Shown here one piece after another: positions 50,563-54,797 of a stretch of DNA of 54,797 nucleotides (the stretch's first letter is position 1; each line of letters opens with the position of its first letter). The stretch comes from Girardia tigrina (lineage: Eukaryota). The stretch is from NCBI GenBank assembly GCA_001938485.1, contig MQRK01236849.1, positions 1 through 54,797 on the forward strand. Direction: 5' to 3'. Under the pieces are notes generated by a model. It saw only the letters and a program-made list of their open reading frames with translations, was not told the origin of the DNA and did no database searches. Both the position numbers and the translations under genes were made by a program.

Positions 50563-53500
50563 ATGACCGAAAACAATTTGTCCTTTGTTCTTAAAGAAAA
50601 ACATTCGTTTTATTTTGTAAGTACACATTTCAATTTTTCATTTAAATGAGGTTCGATTGTGTCCACTTGGTCAAGGAGCAGAGAGAGATACCGCGTGAGC
50701 TCGGAGAATACGGTGAGTGAGGCGATGTGTGTACCCGATTGACGCGCGCTTTCCATAGATGTGCTGCTCAAGGTGCTCAGTGTTGGCATCTGCGGCTCGG
50801 NNNNNNNNNNNNNNNNNNNNNNNNNNNNNNNNNNNNNNNNNNNNNNNNNNGTGACGAGTCCGATCGTGCTGGGACACGAGACGTCCGCGCTCGTCGTCAG
50901 GTGCGGAGACAAGGTGACACGGCTGAAGGAAGGTAAACCATCCGCTGGAGATCGGGGCGCCTTGTCCTCGATCGGCGCTCTTGAATCACTGATACTTATT
51001 TGTAAAATCGCGCGTATCAGCCGCGGTTGAAGCGTGCTAAAGAAGCATCTTGATACCAACTAATACACCTTAAATTCCATTTAATCCAATAACAATTTAA
51101 GATAAAATTATTGACAAATAATAATAATAAAGCTTGTAAACATATTTATACATATTTCGGAAATTCTTCTTCTGTCATCAGCAATTATATTTGTTAGTTA
51201 CTATTTTAATGTTGCTTTTTATTAAGGTTATTTTACAAGAGAACAAGTTATTTATTTATTTATTTAAGATATTGGAAAATAATGGCTGCGAGGGAAAATT
51301 TTGAATGTTGTAAGTTTGTTGTTTGTATGCTGTTTAGATTGGTGACTCTCCTACTCAGATGGGATTGATATGTTTATTGATTGATTGTTTGAATCTAATG
51401 ATATTAATTTAATGATATTAATTTTAAGTACTAATTAATTAAAGTTTGATAATTATGAATTTTAATAATATTTTCAGTAAGCGATTTTAACTTATTAAAT
51501 TTAATATATTTTAAAAATTAATGTTTATTTAAAAACTTACATAAAGCCTTTTCATCCAATAAAATTTTGAGAAATTAAAAATTAATAATAAAAAATTTCC
51601 CATTCATTGTTTTTTTAGATTTGAATATATAAACAAAAACTATATCTCGAGACGTTAAAACTACATCTCGTCTTAAAGGTATTTCTATGAACTTTTGAAA
51701 GTTCATAAAATTTGGCCGTTTGAAATTATGACTAAGATTATAATCTTTGTGATAATTATCACAAATATGACCCTTTTTATTAGGATTTTATAAAAAAAGA
51801 AGTAAGAAATTCATCATCATCTATCGTAGGTTATGTATTATATAAAAAATCTAATAAAGTTTCATAAATAGTGGTCCTTTAAGAATATCATTCATTTTAC
51901 CATCTTCATTATTTAAAAAGACTTGACCATTTTACCTTATCAAATTTACAGACATTTATATTTTTCTTAGATAAAGTTTTATAATCACTAAATCCTAATT
52001 ATTTTGTTTAGCATTTTCTAACAAAATCTGGGGTGTTTTTATTCAAAACATACTTAAAATATCCGAAATTAAACTATTAAAATATCAAATATTGGATTAG
52101 TAATATCCATGCATTGCTTTAATCTTCGATTGAAATTTTAATTTATCGAATTTTGATTTAATTGAATGTTTAGGTTCATATTTTGTTATTCCGATTTCAT
52201 TCTTAGATATATTAACATTACTTAAATTCATAATGGAATTTTTAAAGTCAAATTTATCAACTCGAAATAATTCTCTTACATTATTCCTTAACTAACGAAG
52301 ACATCAATACGACATAAGAAAATAATCCCATTATCGTCTTAAAAATATCGAAGAACATCAATGGAGAACAAAGGATATTAGGAGCAATGTTTTCAAAATT
52401 ATAACAATTTCCGAATCTAAGAATATATTTAATATACAAAATATAGAAATAAAACATTTTAATTGACTTAATCATCCTTTCTCGGGTTGTAGATTCTCGT
52501 TGTGATATGCTCGTGTTGGTCAATATATTTTAAACATAAAACTAATATTCCTATGAAAATGATTACAGCATTACAAATCCTTTTCAATCCGTCTTTCAAA
52601 TGTCAAACTTAGTAGCAAATACGTTTTACAGTACAGTATTAATGTAAATGATACCAATATAAACGAACAATGTATTTGTTACTTTATGTTTTATAGTTCA
52701 AGTAATTTTATCACTATTATCGTATGTGTACCCATTTTATAATGGCACTATTTTCTTTCTAATATACTAAACGTACTTTTGATTGAATTCGATAGATAAT
52801 CGAATGCATAATTAATAAAGTCTAATGGTTTGATAATGATATGCTCATGAAAAGTGAAATCGAAGAAGTGGTTACTAAAACCTTCCAGACTTGATTTAGC
52901 AGATCAGTGTTTTTAATGACTATCGTAATTCATGTTAAAAGTACACTTATTTAATTAAAATGCAAATTGGTTGTTAATTTGAAGTTAGTAACATTCTTAG
53001 GAGAATTACAAAAAAACAGATGCAAATAACACCATTTGATAGTTACTTAAAATATTTATGAGTATTATCATTATTGAAGTTGATAAAAGATTTACGAGGG
53101 AAACACAAAAGTTCGTAGAGAAAGTCAAATCATTTTGGCTGAATATGTATGTGTTACAATTACTTGCTGCCTTGTTTGTGTTGTTTTGTACATGTCAACC
53201 AATTAGAAATAGGATAAACATGATTAGAAGTCTATATGTATGAATATAGTTGGCTATTTTGGGAACAATTCATTTTCTTCTATTTCAGAATAAATGAAAG
53301 ACGCGGTGTAGACATAACGTGCTATCGTTTATTTTCTATGGAAGGAACACATCGCCAGCCAACAATACCAACGTTTCTCCCATGTATTTGGTGATGCAGT
53401 CATGTGCCAAAGTTCTGTATAAAAATGTGTACAAAAATTCGAGAATGGTCGAAAATCACTGGAGGATTACGCAAAGATTGATCATTCAACAAACCTATCA

Positions 53501-54335
53501 ACTGTGAAAAATTGAAGAGCTATTGAGGATATCATTGACGTTGATCGATGTGTCACTGTTGATGAGATTGTAGTCCTTATCAATATGTCTCCAAGTTCTG
53601 TACACCACGTCATGACCACAGAGGTCAAAATAAAGAAACTCTGCGAGATGGGTGTCACGATTTTTTATTGATGTCATGAAGTATAATCGCCTGACAGCTT
53701 ACCAACAACTGCTAAAAATAGTAGACAACATTGGTGAGGGGGTTTAGGCAAAAATCTTTACAGTTGATGAGACCTGGCTGCCGTTTTACCTTCCAGAGAC
53801 TATGGAACAATCGAAGCAAGGGTGCCACCATAAAGAAAAGCCCCTGTCAATATGAGCATTCAGAATCTCAAAAAGCGATTGGAGAAGTACGTGCGCATAC
53901 AAGGTGACTTTATCAAGAAATTTAACGATGATTCTGATGCTGAGTATTATGTTAATATATCACTTGGTTTCATTTTTATATTTCCACAAACTCTTGTGAT
54001 GCCCTGTCGTATTTAATTCGTTAATGATGGACCAAGAACATTATAAGAAAACAGGTTATTTGGTGAGTTTTAATAATTCTTTTAGATATGTGTCATAATA
54101 ATTTTATGAATATCTTAATTTTATCTTCATATTTGTTTTGTTAGTTATCATGAGATGATATAACATTATATACAGGCGACAGAGTAGCTATTGAACCTGG
54201 AGTGCCATGTCGGAGATGTGATTTGTGTAATTCTGGTAGATACAACCTTTGTGAAAAAGTTGTATTTCATGCCACACCTCCTTACGATGGTACACTGTGT
54301 CAATATATCACTCATCCGGAGGATTTTTGTCACAA
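50563..54335 (+). CDS. SORD: Sorbitol dehydrogenase (Zn-dependent MDR), 3'-partial. Exons 50563-50616, 50676-50712, 50759-50932, 54176-54335
   Basis: MTENNLSFVLK...|EQREIPRELGEY|DVLLKVLSVGICGS[N gap]VTSPIVLGHETSALVVRCGDKVTRLKE|GDRVAIEPGVPCRRCDLCNSGRYNLCEKVVFHATPPYDGTLCQYITHPEDFCHK; catalytic (GICGS, GHE) and structural (4 Cys) Zn ligands; GT-AG junctions in phase. Confidence 0.93.
53290..54011 (+). mobile_element. Internally deleted mariner in SORD intron 3
   Basis: RAIVYFLWKE, KFENGRKSLED, ILTVDETWLPFYLPETMEQSKQG joined directly to IQNLKKRLEKYVRIQGDFIKK; TIR-like end aaactcttgtgatgccctgtcg-ta. Confidence 0.8.
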
Positions 54336-54587
54336 GTACTTTGATTAATAAATTATAAATTTAGTAATTTTTATTAATCTTCCTGCGAATTCTAAATTCT
54401 AATAATTCTAATTCTCATTTTATTATCATCTTATACATTGATTTGTAAATACAACCCTTTTGTGAAACATTAAAATAGACCTATTGATCTCTTAAGTTTC
54501 TATATAAACTCCTTGATCGTTACATAACTGAGAAATATTTAAATTGATGAAAAGAAAACTTATCTTGACAAAAGAAATCACTAAATC

Positions 54588-54640
54588 AGGCGCGTACCCA
54601 GGGGGAATAGGGGGATAAATCCCTCCCCGAAAAGTTTGAA
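54588..54640 (+). mobile_element. Probable hAT-type MITE terminus
   Basis: caggcgcgtacccagggg followed by G-run/C-run hairpin (ggggataaatccc), typical of invertebrate hAT MITE ends. Confidence 0.4.
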
Positions 54641-54797
54641 TTATGATCTTAATTTCATTGAAGTTTTTTAACTGAATGTCAATATAAATAAGTTAAAATC
54701 CCTGTTCCGCCCAATCCTCAGGTCCCCCGAGAATCGGACTGAGATAGCAGGGTTGCACAGGGAAATTCTGTGGATGAATTGCTGGGCCCATTTTTTG

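Noticed and set aside
1-54797. CRISPR array, prokaryotic operon, rRNA/tRNA genes, alternative genetic code
   Set aside because: No repeat-spacer array or RNA gene fold seen; host exons translate cleanly in the standard code; remaining short ORFs are I/L/F/K/N-rich AT noise or antisense to TEs.

Overview
AT-rich animal (protostome-type) genomic DNA with spliceosomal introns and several N gaps. Two host genes lie on the + strand. (1) A DCC/frazzled/neogenin netrin receptor, 5'-incomplete, reconstructed by hand as 19 phase-consistent GT-AG exons from 2617 to 36696. It encodes the end of one Ig domain, a full Ig domain, five FNIII domains, a TM helix, a divergent P1 and a conserved P3 (EELSQEMANLEGLMKDLNAITQKEFEC*). 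(2) The first four exons of a sorbitol dehydrogenase (50563 to >54335). Large introns and the intergenic region are packed with decayed, often nested transposons: three mariners, Tc3-like, DD38D rosa-like, DD37E, Minos-like, two pogo/Tigger, MULE, RTE LINE, two Gypsy integrase remnants, a Penelope-like remnant and MITE-like hairpins. The most notable observations are a 2.4-kb solo LTR carrying an apparent TATA box and two small introns inserted into the Minos-like element, decayed minimal hammerhead ribozymes, a DCC with five rather than six FNIII domains and a remodelled FN5 loop, and a sharp GC/CpG island over SORD exons 2-3. I found no evidence for a wholly new multi-gene system. Family assignments come from recalled motifs, not database searches.
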